Shown: positions 10,782-19,226 of the stretch, piece after piece
Layout: each line of letters opens with the position of its first letter
Position numbering within the stretch: position 1 is the first letter of the stretch
Assembly (NCBI GenBank): GCA_030583845.1
Contig: CP129478.1
Span: 343,175 to 407,174, forward strand
Direction: 5' to 3'
Origin: Candidatus Dojkabacteria bacterium
GTDB taxonomy: Bacteria > Patescibacteriota > Dojkabacteria > SC72 > JAHDCA01
Length of the DNA: 64,000 nt
Made by a program: the position numbers and the translations under genes
Notes under the pieces: model-generated
What the model saw: only the letters and a program-made list of their open reading frames with translations
The model's database searches: none
What the model was told of the DNA's origin: nothing

Positions 10782-13310
10782 CTAGGACAGAATAACGTTG
10801 GCAATTTTGCCTGGCACGTAGATAAACTTCTTTACATTCTCTTTGCTAACATATGTAGAAAGTCTTGCATCGGCAAGGATCTTTGCTTGCACCTCTTCTT
10901 GGCTTGCACCAGCGTCTACTTCTACTGTACCGCGAGTCTTACCGTTGACCTGCACTGGGATGCTAATAGTCTGCTCCTTAATAAGCTCCTTATCATATCC
11001 CGGCCACGCCTGCAGATGGACGCTGTTCTCAGCCTTCCACTCAGTGAAGCTATTGATCTCCTGCCACAGCTCTTCTGCTGTAAACACGGCAAATGGAGCA
11101 ACTATCTTCAAGAAATCTTTCCATACTTCGACTGGGATCGCTTCGGCCTTCTTCATTTCGCGCACTGCGATCATGAACTCGCTCACCATTGTGTTCATCT
11201 TGAACTCCTCTGCCATCTCTGTGGTGCGCTTAATTGCCTTGTGAATGACCCGTCTCAGGCCCAGGTCATCAGCACCCTCCTGAACCTTCTCTCGCAGCTT
11301 GTAGATGTCTTGAATCAGCTTGTAGCACCTCTGTAGGCTGCTCTCGTTATATGGGAAGGTGCCGTTGTACGGTCCGATGAAAGTAATATACATTCTTACC
11401 GCGTCTGTGCCATACTTTTCGAGGACTTCCTGCGGTTCGATAACATTGCCACGTGACTTAGACATCCTGTAACCGTCTGGTCCAAGCAGTGTCCCTCCAT
11501 TCATCCTCCAGGCATACGGCTCAGATGTAGGCACAACTCCGTTATCGTACAAGAATTTATGCCAGAACCTCGAATAGAGCAGATGCAATGTTGTATGCTC
11601 GCTACCACCGAAGTAGTAATCAACAGGGAGCCAGTAGGTCATCTTGTCCATATCTGCAATTGCCTTCTCATTGTGCGGATCAATATAACGCAGGTAGTAC
11701 CAGCATGAGCCTGCCCAGTTAGGCATCGTATTTGTCTCGCGCTTTGCGGGCTTCCCCTCAGAGTCAACCGTATTCACCCACTCCTCATTGCGGGCCAATG
11801 GTGAGGTGCCATCATCAGAAGGTGTGTAATCAGGCACCTCAGGGAGGTTCAGAGGAAGATTCTTGTCCACCGAGCTAGCATCTGTCGTGTCTGCTATAGC
11901 TTCTATACCACCGTTCTCTTTATGGATCAGAGGTATTGGCTCTCCCCAATATCTTTGGCGTGAGAATAACCAGTCTCGCAAGCTGTAAGTAACCTTCTTC
12001 TCAGCCCAACCCTTCTCGATATAATACTCAGAGATCTTCTCCTTAGCAGCCATGATCTCCAATCCGTCTAGGAAGCCTGAGTTGACCATATGTCCTTCCT
12101 CTTCCTGCACCTGCTCTGGCTTGGTGATCTCAGACTCGTCTCCATCAACACCCACCACCACCCTCAAGATCGGGATATCAAATGCTTTGGCAAACTCGAA
12201 GTCTCGCATATCGTGACCCGGCACTCCTACAACTGCGCCGGTACCGAAATGCCCAAGCACGAAGTCTGATACATAGACCGGGAGCTCTGTATCATTTACT
12301 CGGTTCAGCACTTTGAATCCGGTAAATACACCTGTCTTCTTCTTGGTCTCGGCCATACGCTCAAGGTCGGTCTTGTTTGTGGCTTTCTTCACATATGCTG
12401 CCACTGCCTTATATGTTTTCTCATCAACCTCGATCTTCTTCGAGATGATATCTTGTACGAACTGATGCTCAGGAGCTAGTACTACGAATGTAGCACCAAA
12501 ATTCGTATCTGGGCGAGTTGTGAAGCATGTAATATCTACTCCCTCTACACCCACTACAGGATAGTTAATATTGATACCCTCTTTGCGGCCGATCCAGTTT
12601 GTCTGAGCAGCAATAATTGATTCTGGGAACTCGATCTCAGTGATCTTCTTGCCGTCGAGATCTTTAATGTCGCCTCTCAATCCATCGATCAGCTTGTCTG
12701 CATATGCTGGGATCTTCAGCACCCACTGCCTTACCATTTTGCGTTCCACCGAACTGCCATCGCGCTCTGCTACCAGATTACCATCTGCATCCTTGACCAC
12801 CTCTTCCTCTGCCAACACAGTCTTCATCTTCTCACTCCACCACACCGGTTCCTCACGTAATTCCGCCAATCCAGCCTCATAGAATTTCAGGAAGATCCAC
12901 TGTGTCCACTTGAAATACTCTGGATCGGTGCTATTTACCTCCCTATCCCAATCAATTGCATAGCCCATATCTTGCATCGATTTCTTGTAGAAGACCTTTA
13001 GCTCATCTACCTGCTTCGATGGATGATTACCTGTCTTAATTGCATAGTTCTCCGCCGGCAATCCAAATGCATCCCAGCCCATCGGGAACATCACATTATA
13101 TCCACGCATTCGTAGGTATCGTGAGAAGATCTCAGGCAGCGTGTAGCGCATCATATGCCCAACATGCATGCTCTTACCCGACGGGTAAGGGAATTCGGCT
13201 AGCACATACTTTTTGGGCTTATCTGAGAAATCCTCTGCTCGATAGATATTGTCTTCGAACCATTTCTCCTTCCAGTTCCCCTCTATTTTCTTGAAATCAT
13301 ATTTTGTCAT
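10782..13310 (-). CDS. leuS: Leucine--tRNA ligase
   Basis: 842 aa; HIGH-type motif HVGHMMRY, KMSKS motif MSKSRGN, LeuRS editing and anticodon-binding domain organisation. Confidence 0.95.
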   Translation of the reverse strand: MTKYDFKKIEGNWKEKWFEDNIYRAEDFSDKPKKYVLAEFPYPSGKSMHVGHMMRYTLPEIFSRYLRMRGYNVMFPMGWDAFGLPAENYAIKTGNHPSKQVDELKVFYKKSMQDMGYAIDWDREVNSTDPEYFKWTQWIFLKFYEAGLAELREEPVWWSEKMKTVLAEEEVVKDADGNLVAERDGSSVERKMVRQWVLKIPAYADKLIDGLRGDIKDLDGKKITEIEFPESIIAAQTNWIGRKEGININYPVVGVEGVDITCFTTRPDTNFGATFVVLAPEHQFVQDIISKKIEVDEKTYKAVAAYVKKATNKTDLERMAETKKKTGVFTGFKVLNRVNDTELPVYVSDFVLGHFGTGAVVGVPGHDMRDFEFAKAFDIPILRVVVGVDGDESEITKPEQVQEEEGHMVNSGFLDGLEIMAAKEKISEYYIEKGWAEKKVTYSLRDWLFSRQRYWGEPIPLIHKENGGIEAIADTTDASSVDKNLPLNLPEVPDYTPSDDGTSPLARNEEWVNTVDSEGKPAKRETNTMPNWAGSCWYYLRYIDPHNEKAIADMDKMTYWLPVDYYFGGSEHTTLHLLYSRFWHKFLYDNGVVPTSEPYAWRMNGGTLLGPDGYRMSKSRGNVIEPQEVLEKYGTDAVRMYITFIGPYNGTFPYNESSLQRCYKLIQDIYKLREKVQEGADDLGLRRVIHKAIKRTTEMAEEFKMNTMVSEFMIAVREMKKAEAIPVEVWKDFLKIVAPFAVFTAEELWQEINSFTEWKAENSVHLQAWPGYDKELIKEQTISIPVQVNGKTRGTVEVDAGASQEEVQAKILADARLSTYVSKENVKKFIYVPGKIANVILS

Positions 13311-13501
13311 TTATATCGGTTGATAATTTAGTGTAGATCGAATTGGTCTATATGAGTGAATTATACCGTCTAACAGCCAATTCTGTAATAGGTTGTGGAA
13401 AGAAAATTACATCCCCGAAGGGAGGAATACTATCGCGAGGAGTTGTGTGCGATATTTAGTCACCATTTATGGATTTTACTTGATAATGCAATTGGGTTCA
13501 A

Positions 13502-13951
13502 TCATGCCTCTCCTGTAGGTAGCTGGTATTGCTCTGCAATCCAGCAAAGCTCCCCTGCCACCTCCTGTCTGCGAATGTTGATGTACCGTTGGTATGTTGG
13601 CTGGTTAAAGGATGTAAGAAAAAAATTGAGTGACTCTCTATTGCCGTCCCAACAAAACCTTAATGACCTGCTCCATTGCAAATCAGTCAGCATAATGGCA
13701 GTATGCGACAAGCTAACTACTTCTAAGTCATCAATATAATTCAGAATCGCTATTAGTGCAGCAGCTACAGGATGTTGGCTTATATTAACGTTTTCAAATG
13801 TTTCGCCAAACCGAATGGTAGCAGCTTCTTGTGCAAGTTGGTAAACTGCATTAACCAGCTCGCCCTTTTCTGGATCACGGTACCTCGTACTCCATACCTC
13901 ATGGAGCGTTGTGAACCCTCCCAAAGGCCCACCCTGAACTATATCCGTCAT
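13502..13951 (-). CDS. Hypothetical protein (149 aa)
   Basis: ORF only; no motif I can recognise. Confidence 0.4.
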   Translation of the reverse strand: MTDIVQGGPLGGFTTLHEVWSTRYRDPEKGELVNAVYQLAQEAATIRFGETFENVNISQHPVAAALIAILNYIDDLEVVSLSHTAIMLTDLQWSRSLRFCWDGNRESLNFFLTSFNQPTYQRYINIRRQEVAGELCWIAEQYQLPTGEA

Positions 13952-14116
13952 ACAATTATCTCCAAGAACTTATCCACAGCATAATTATATCATCCTATAG
14001 GCCAGTGTGCTATGCGACTATACAAACAAGTCTTGCTGAGATAAGCCTTTCTGGTATAATTTCGTGCAAGCAGTGTCACAAAGAGTTTGCGCTGGAAGAG
14101 TATTAAGTATCTTCCC

Positions 14117-14183
14117 CCCACATCTTAGGTGTTAAAATTTTCGGACGTGTTAGCGAGTAAAATTTTAACACCTAAGATGTGGG
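14117..14183 (+). repeat. 25-bp perfect inverted repeat (hairpin) abutting the 5' end of tRNA-Ala(GGC)
   Basis: cccacatcttaggtgttaaaatttt (14117-14141) pairs with aaaattttaacacctaagatgtggg (14159-14183); 17-nt loop. The last 3 nt are the first 3 nt of the tRNA. Confidence 0.9.
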
Positions 14184-14254
14184 CCTGTAGTTCAGTTGGC
14201 TAGAACGTTTCGATGGCATCGAAAAGGTCGTGAGTTCAAGTCTCACCAGGTCCA
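14181..14254 (+). tRNA. tRNA-Ala (anticodon GGC), no encoded CCA
   Basis: Acceptor GGGCCTG/CAGGTCC with the G3:U70 Ala identity pair, D-arm GTTC-AGTTGGCTA-GAAC, anticodon stem TTTCG/CGAAA with loop ATGGCAT (anticodon GGC), T-arm GTGAG-TTCAAGT-CTCAC, discriminator A. Confidence 0.85.
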
Positions 14255-14255
14255 G

Positions 14256-14329
14256 GTTTTCCATGTGTATTCCGACTCACTGCCCTGCTTCGCAGAGCTC
14301 TAACGTTCGTCGAAATACACATGGAAAAC
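14256..14329 (+). repeat. 16-bp inverted repeat with 42-nt loop immediately 3' of tRNA-Ala(GGC)
   Basis: gttttccatgtgtatt (14256-14271) pairs with aatacacatggaaaac (14314-14329). Confidence 0.85.
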
Positions 14330-14426
14330 TGCTGAATAGCATCACCCAAAGGGAAATTGCTACGTCATGCTATTAATCTATTGAATCAAAATGCCCACGC
14401 AGAGGATTGTACTACCCATCTACTAA

Positions 14427-14497
14427 GATTGTGTGAGTTGCTGAACGTTAAAGAGCTGCCGTAGGACAGCTCAGTGAAGCAACTCACACAAGATTAG
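14427..14497 (-). terminator. Hairpin downstream of the LysM-M23 gene (probable intrinsic terminator)
   Basis: Inverted repeat ttgtgtgagttgct / agcaactcacacaa (14 bp perfect) with an inner second hairpin gagctg...cagctc, directly 3' of the minus-strand ORF ending at 14494. Confidence 0.5.
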
Positions 14498-15519
14498 TAT
14501 CCGCAAAGGCCATTAATCATATATGCGCCAGGGTGATATGCAGTCCATGTACCAGTCTTTACCAAGACGAAGTGTACGTGAACACCATAGGCTGTACCGC
14601 TTCGACCCATCTGGCCTAAAGCCTCGCCTGTTGAAACACGCTGACCATTGGTTACATAGATCTGATTCAAGTGGCCATAGATTGATGTGAGGCCGTTACC
14701 ATGGTCTACCATTACGGTCCAGGCTAGACCTGTACCACCAACCTCTACTCCAGGTGCTGGACAGTAGCCTGATTGGCAGCCTGCAAAAGTAACCACACCG
14801 TCAGCAGAAGCAACAATGTCAGGCTTGAAGTTTACATTTCGGCTCGCGATATCGATCGCCCTATGCCATCCAGAGTAACACTGGGACAGGTAGCCTGCTC
14901 CATTTGCTACTGGCCATCCAAGGAATCGGCCAACACCTAGATTAGGGTTTGAGTAGCCCGGAGCTGCGGTTGGAGATGCTACGACACCAGTGTATGTGGC
15001 TGGACGCCTAGTTGCGATAATTACTGGCTGTGGTGCTTTACCATCAGGTAGGAATAGATCTTCTCCTGCCTCAATATTGTAATTACCATTTTCATCTGGG
15101 TCGAGCCAGTTCCATTCAACGATCAGCTGAGGCTGTGTCTGATACTTCTCGGCAAGCGATGCTACTGTATCACCCGATTTAACCTTCACATATACACCGT
15201 CTTGGCGTGGAATGACCAGCTTCTGCCCCGGCTTCAGCACATTAGCAGAAGTCAATTCATTCGCCCACATTATTGTATCCACATTGATACCGTGATCTGT
15301 AGCAATTGAGCTTAGGGTGTCTCCACCCTTGACAATATATTCAATATTGTCGGTTCTCGCGATTTCTTGGGAGACAGATGTCTTTGTAGATGAGTTCTGC
15401 ACCAAGACGTCAGTCGCATGGGCAATATTTGCTTGAGGTGTAAGTGCCTGGAACTCTTTTGGCAATGCACCCTGCTTATAGACGCCGGACACAAGTATCA
15501 TCACGATGAAAGACAGCAC
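14494..15519 (-). CDS. LysM-domain M23 family peptidase (cell-wall endopeptidase)
   Basis: N-terminal TM/signal; two LysM repeats (GGDTLSSIATDHGINVDTIMWANEL and VKSGDTVASLAEKY); C-terminal M23 motifs HRAIDIA and GRSGTAYGVHVHF. Confidence 0.85.
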   Translation of the reverse strand: MLSFIVMILVSGVYKQGALPKEFQALTPQANIAHATDVLVQNSSTKTSVSQEIARTDNIEYIVKGGDTLSSIATDHGINVDTIMWANELTSANVLKPGQKLVIPRQDGVYVKVKSGDTVASLAEKYQTQPQLIVEWNWLDPDENGNYNIEAGEDLFLPDGKAPQPVIIATRRPATYTGVVASPTAAPGYSNPNLGVGRFLGWPVANGAGYLSQCYSGWHRAIDIASRNVNFKPDIVASADGVVTFAGCQSGYCPAPGVEVGGTGLAWTVMVDHGNGLTSIYGHLNQIYVTNGQRVSTGEALGQMGRSGTAYGVHVHFVLVKTGTWTAYHPGAYMINGLCGY

Positions 15520-15554
15520 TCAGGAACTGAATAGTAAATTTGAAAAGGTTTCCT

Positions 15555-15824
15555 CTACCCCAGAACATCTTTCCGAATCAAGAATCGCTTTGATGATTCA
15601 AATTGATTGGTGAGTACCTCTACAAATACTGTAGAAAGGACAAAGAAAAGACGCGTTCGGGATCCAAGATACTGTGCCGTGTCTACAAAGAATTGTACTG
15701 GCCAAAAGTCGTACCCAATCTTGCGAGCAAATCGCTTAAAGAGCATTCTCGCTACTAATAATCGCAATTTCCGGAGTATCATCGGCATAAGAGCCGATTT
15801 CTTTAATAAAGAGGTTACCATCAC
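15555..15824 (-). CDS. Hypothetical small protein (89 aa), uncertain
   Basis: Only ORF in the 510-nt gap between the LysM-M23 gene and rho. Basic composition, no recognised motif; could be non-coding. Confidence 0.2.
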   Translation of the reverse strand: MMVTSLLKKSALMPMILRKLRLLVARMLFKRFARKIGYDFWPVQFFVDTAQYLGSRTRLFFVLSTVFVEVLTNQFESSKRFLIRKDVLG

Positions 15825-16031
15825 TCCTGCCGCTTACCTCGGTGGATGCTAAGTCCTCCTCTCTCACTTATTTGTCTGAAGTTCAATCCTTGGATGAACT
15901 TGTTGTTTTTTGGGGGCTTGCTAGAGCTAGTTTCCCCGGGTGTTTCCATTACAAGAGGTAATTATAGCAAAGAGAAAATTTATATCAAACTTTTCTTTAC
16001 CTACTATAGGCTAATATTTATACCCTCGATA

Positions 16032-17282
16032 CTAAGCTTCGTGAAGAGTCGCAAGAAACTCCTTGTTGTTCTTTGTTTTCTTCATTCGGTTGATAAGCAC
16101 CTCTGTAGGCTCGTCATTATTCTCTAGGACCTCCAGCATCCTTCTAATTCTCCATGCCTGGTTGAGCACCTCTTTATCGAGAAGAAGCTCTTCATTTCGT
16201 GTACCTGAAGCAGTCACATCAATCGCAGGGTAGATTCTCTTCTGCTGCAAGTGCCTGTCTAGGTGCAATTCCATGTTTCCAGTACCCTTGAACTCCTCAT
16301 ATACCAGGTCGTCCATTCGGCTACCTGTATCAACAAGTGCGGTTGCGACGATCGTGAGGCTCCCGCCATTTTCAAAGTTTCGGGCTGCACCGAAGAATCG
16401 CTTTGGAGGGTATAGGGCTACTGGGTCGAAACCACCTGAAAGAGTCCTACCCGATGTTGGCATAGTGATGTTGTAAGCACGAGCGAGACGCGTGATGCTG
16501 TCCATCAAGATGATCACATCGTGGCCCCACTCTACCATTCGCTTTGCCTTATCAAGAGCCATCTCTGCGATTTTGCAGTTATGCTCAGGCAGCTCGTCGA
16601 AGTTTGATGCGTATACTTCACCCTTAACACTGCGCTCCATGTCGGTCACCTCTTCAGGTCTCTCACCTACGAGGACAACCATAAGCTTGGCTTCTGGGTG
16701 GTTCTCGGAAATTCCGTGCGCAATTTCCTTCAACAGTGTAGTCTTACCCGCCTTAGGAGGAGCAACAATCATGGATCGCTGTCCAAAACCGATAGGTGCG
16801 AGCAGGTCAATAATCCTCGTGGAGATCACGGTTGCATCTGTCTCAAGCTTGATCTGCTGTTGAGGAAATACTGGAGTCATCTTATTGAATGCAGGCCTAC
16901 TTACAGCCTCTGCAGCTGGATGACCACCAACTGTATCAACTCGCAACAAGCTGAGATACTTCTCCTTATCCTTTGGTAGTCTAGCCGGACCGCCAACAAT
17001 ATCACCCTCTTTTAGGTTGAATTTCTTGATCTGGGAGCCGGAAATATATACATCGTTCTCACCCGGGAGCACACCATCTGTGCGCAATACACCGTGTGTT
17101 CCATCCTTCATCACCTCGAGGATACCCTCGACGGCGATAAACCCTTCCTTATCAGTAGACACCTTAAGAATCTCAATTATCAGATCTCGCTTATTTAATT
17201 CCATAAACTCCTGCATATTTAGCTTTTTAGCCATATTGCGAAGCTCGGAAAGCGGCTTCTGATCGAGTTCTTTAATGTTCAT
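16032..17282 (-). CDS. rho: Transcription termination factor Rho
   Basis: 416 aa; N-terminal Rho-N and cold-shock-like RNA-binding domain, RecA-type ATPase with Walker [15 protein letters not shown]. Confidence 0.95.
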   Translation of the reverse strand: MNIKELDQKPLSELRNMAKKLNMQEFMELNKRDLIIEILKVSTDKEGFIAVEGILEVMKDGTHGVLRTDGVLPGENDVYISGSQIKKFNLKEGDIVGGPARLPKDKEKYLSLLRVDTVGGHPAAEAVSRPAFNKMTPVFPQQQIKLETDATVISTRIIDLLAPIGFGQRSMIVAPPKAGKTTLLKEIAHGISENHPEAKLMVVLVGERPEEVTDMERSVKGEVYASNFDELPEHNCKIAEMALDKAKRMVEWGHDVIILMDSITRLARAYNITMPTSGRTLSGGFDPVALYPPKRFFGAARNFENGGSLTIVATALVDTGSRMDDLVYEEFKGTGNMELHLDRHLQQKRIYPAIDVTASGTRNEELLLDKEVLNQAWRIRRMLEVLENNDEPTEVLINRMKKTKNNKEFLATLHEA

Positions 17283-17858
17283 TGATAAGGAATTGGAAAA
17301 AATTATATTACGATAAAAATTTGGGGAATCTCTCTAAGTGACAATGCTTTTAGGTGAAAAAGTGATGATTGATTAATGGATTATATACATCTGAAAATCA
17401 CAAGTCAAACTAGGAAATTTGGGATCGGCACTGCCCCGACCGACCCCAATAACTTTGTACACTTCTGTATACAGAGTGATCAGGTTACATCATTTCGGAG
17501 CTCAGAGAGCTGCATAGATGTATCTAAAAGGGGAACTTCCTACTCCGAGGGCTCAGTACGAAGGGACTCTTCAACCAAACCCTGGGAGTAAGAAGCTTCA
17601 CATAAGTCCACTATTCCTATCTAAAAATATGAATATGAACCTATTTCAATGATCTTGTACATTATACCTATAATATTACCATGTGTCAACCCTATATCAT
17701 TTAGTCGGTTGTACACACCCTTACATTCACTATACATACAGCATATTTAACGCAGGTCGTCTACAGATGTTACGATTTACACAATGCATAGATATTATTA
17801 CAAGAATTGTGGATAATTAAACAAGGCATGTATCCAGACATTGAAAAAGCCCTCTCCT

Positions 17859-19208
17859 CTACACCACCTTGGATATACTTTTTACAGCTGTAACTTTCAC
17901 CTTCGAGCTCGCCTTACCAGACTGAGGAGTTACAATTTTCTTATACCCCAACCTCCCAGCCTCTTTCATGACAGCATCCAAACCTAAGAATCCAGAGATC
18001 CTGCCAGTCAGCCCAACCTCACCTACATAGAGAGAGTATGGATCGGACTTAGAGTTTATCGCAGATGACTTGATCGCAGCACATACAGCAAGGTCTACCG
18101 AGGGCGACTCTGCTTTAATACCACCAGCCACATTTACAAACACATCTTTATCCCCCAGGAATACACCCGTATGCCTTGTAAGCACCGCGCACAACATCTC
18201 TAAACGCTGCCTGCTAATGCCGGTTGCCACTCGCCTGAGCGGACCAGCAGTAGCACCACGCTCTACCACTAGCGCCTGTATTTCAACAAATACTACTCTG
18301 GAGCCATTTACCAGTGCACTTAGACAAGATCCAGGCGATAGATCGGTGCCCTCGATAAACACACTTGATGGGTCCATGACCTCCATTAGACCACCCGACT
18401 CCATCTCAAACACACCTACTTCAAATGTTGATCCATACCTATTTTTGAGTCCTTTGAGCATGCGATAGTAGCCATCTCCCTGCCCCTCCATATATAAGAC
18501 GCAGTCTACTGTATGCTCCAAGATCTTCGGGCCGGCTACACCACCCTCTTTATTGATCTGCCCAACTATGACAAGAGGGATAGAGAGCCGCTTTGCCACC
18601 TCTGTTAGCCCAACTCCGCACAATCTTACCTGTGCAATGCTGCCTGGGTAGCTGGTAGATCGCTCACTTACAATCGCCTGAATTGAGTCAACAACAACAA
18701 AATCAGGCTTCTCGCTCTCGATTGCGGCGACAATTGATTCAAGATTTACCTCAGAACTCACAAGAAGGTTGGCTGAGATAGATTTTGAGCCACCGATGCG
18801 CTCGACTCGCGACATAAATTGACTCACCGACTCCTCGGCAGTGACATAAAGCACAGTGTTGGACTTGGCTATTTTCACAACCGACTGGAGCAGGAGCGTT
18901 GACTTGCCGATCCCAGGCTCACCACTTAAGATTACCACCTCACCTGGGACATACCCTCCACCAAGTACACGGTCAAACTCATCAAATCCAGAGCTTAATC
19001 GCTTCTGTGAGAGCTCAACTTTCTCCTTGTTGGCATAGATACTTTTTAGGCTTTGAACATCGGCAGCGCCTCTTGAGACTCCGGTCAGTCCAGCTTTCTT
19101 AGCAGTAACTTCCTCGAACTCTTCATAGCTTCCCCACTCGCCACAAGCCGAGCATCGCCCTTCCCATTTGAGTGAGATATTGTCACAATTGACACACTTA
19201 TACTTCAT
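17859..19208 (-). CDS. radA: DNA repair protein RadA/Sms
   Basis: C4 zinc finger CVNCDNIS...CSACGEWG, RecA-like Walker A GEPGIGKSTLLLQ, C-terminal Lon-protease-like domain. Confidence 0.9.
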   Translation of the reverse strand: MKYKCVNCDNISLKWEGRCSACGEWGSYEEFEEVTAKKAGLTGVSRGAADVQSLKSIYANKEKVELSQKRLSSGFDEFDRVLGGGYVPGEVVILSGEPGIGKSTLLLQSVVKIAKSNTVLYVTAEESVSQFMSRVERIGGSKSISANLLVSSEVNLESIVAAIESEKPDFVVVDSIQAIVSERSTSYPGSIAQVRLCGVGLTEVAKRLSIPLVIVGQINKEGGVAGPKILEHTVDCVLYMEGQGDGYYRMLKGLKNRYGSTFEVGVFEMESGGLMEVMDPSSVFIEGTDLSPGSCLSALVNGSRVVFVEIQALVVERGATAGPLRRVATGISRQRLEMLCAVLTRHTGVFLGDKDVFVNVAGGIKAESPSVDLAVCAAIKSSAINSKSDPYSLYVGEVGLTGRISGFLGLDAVMKEAGRLGYKKIVTPQSGKASSKVKVTAVKSISKVV

Positions 19209-19226
19209 TGAGTCACAGTCTGTTCA

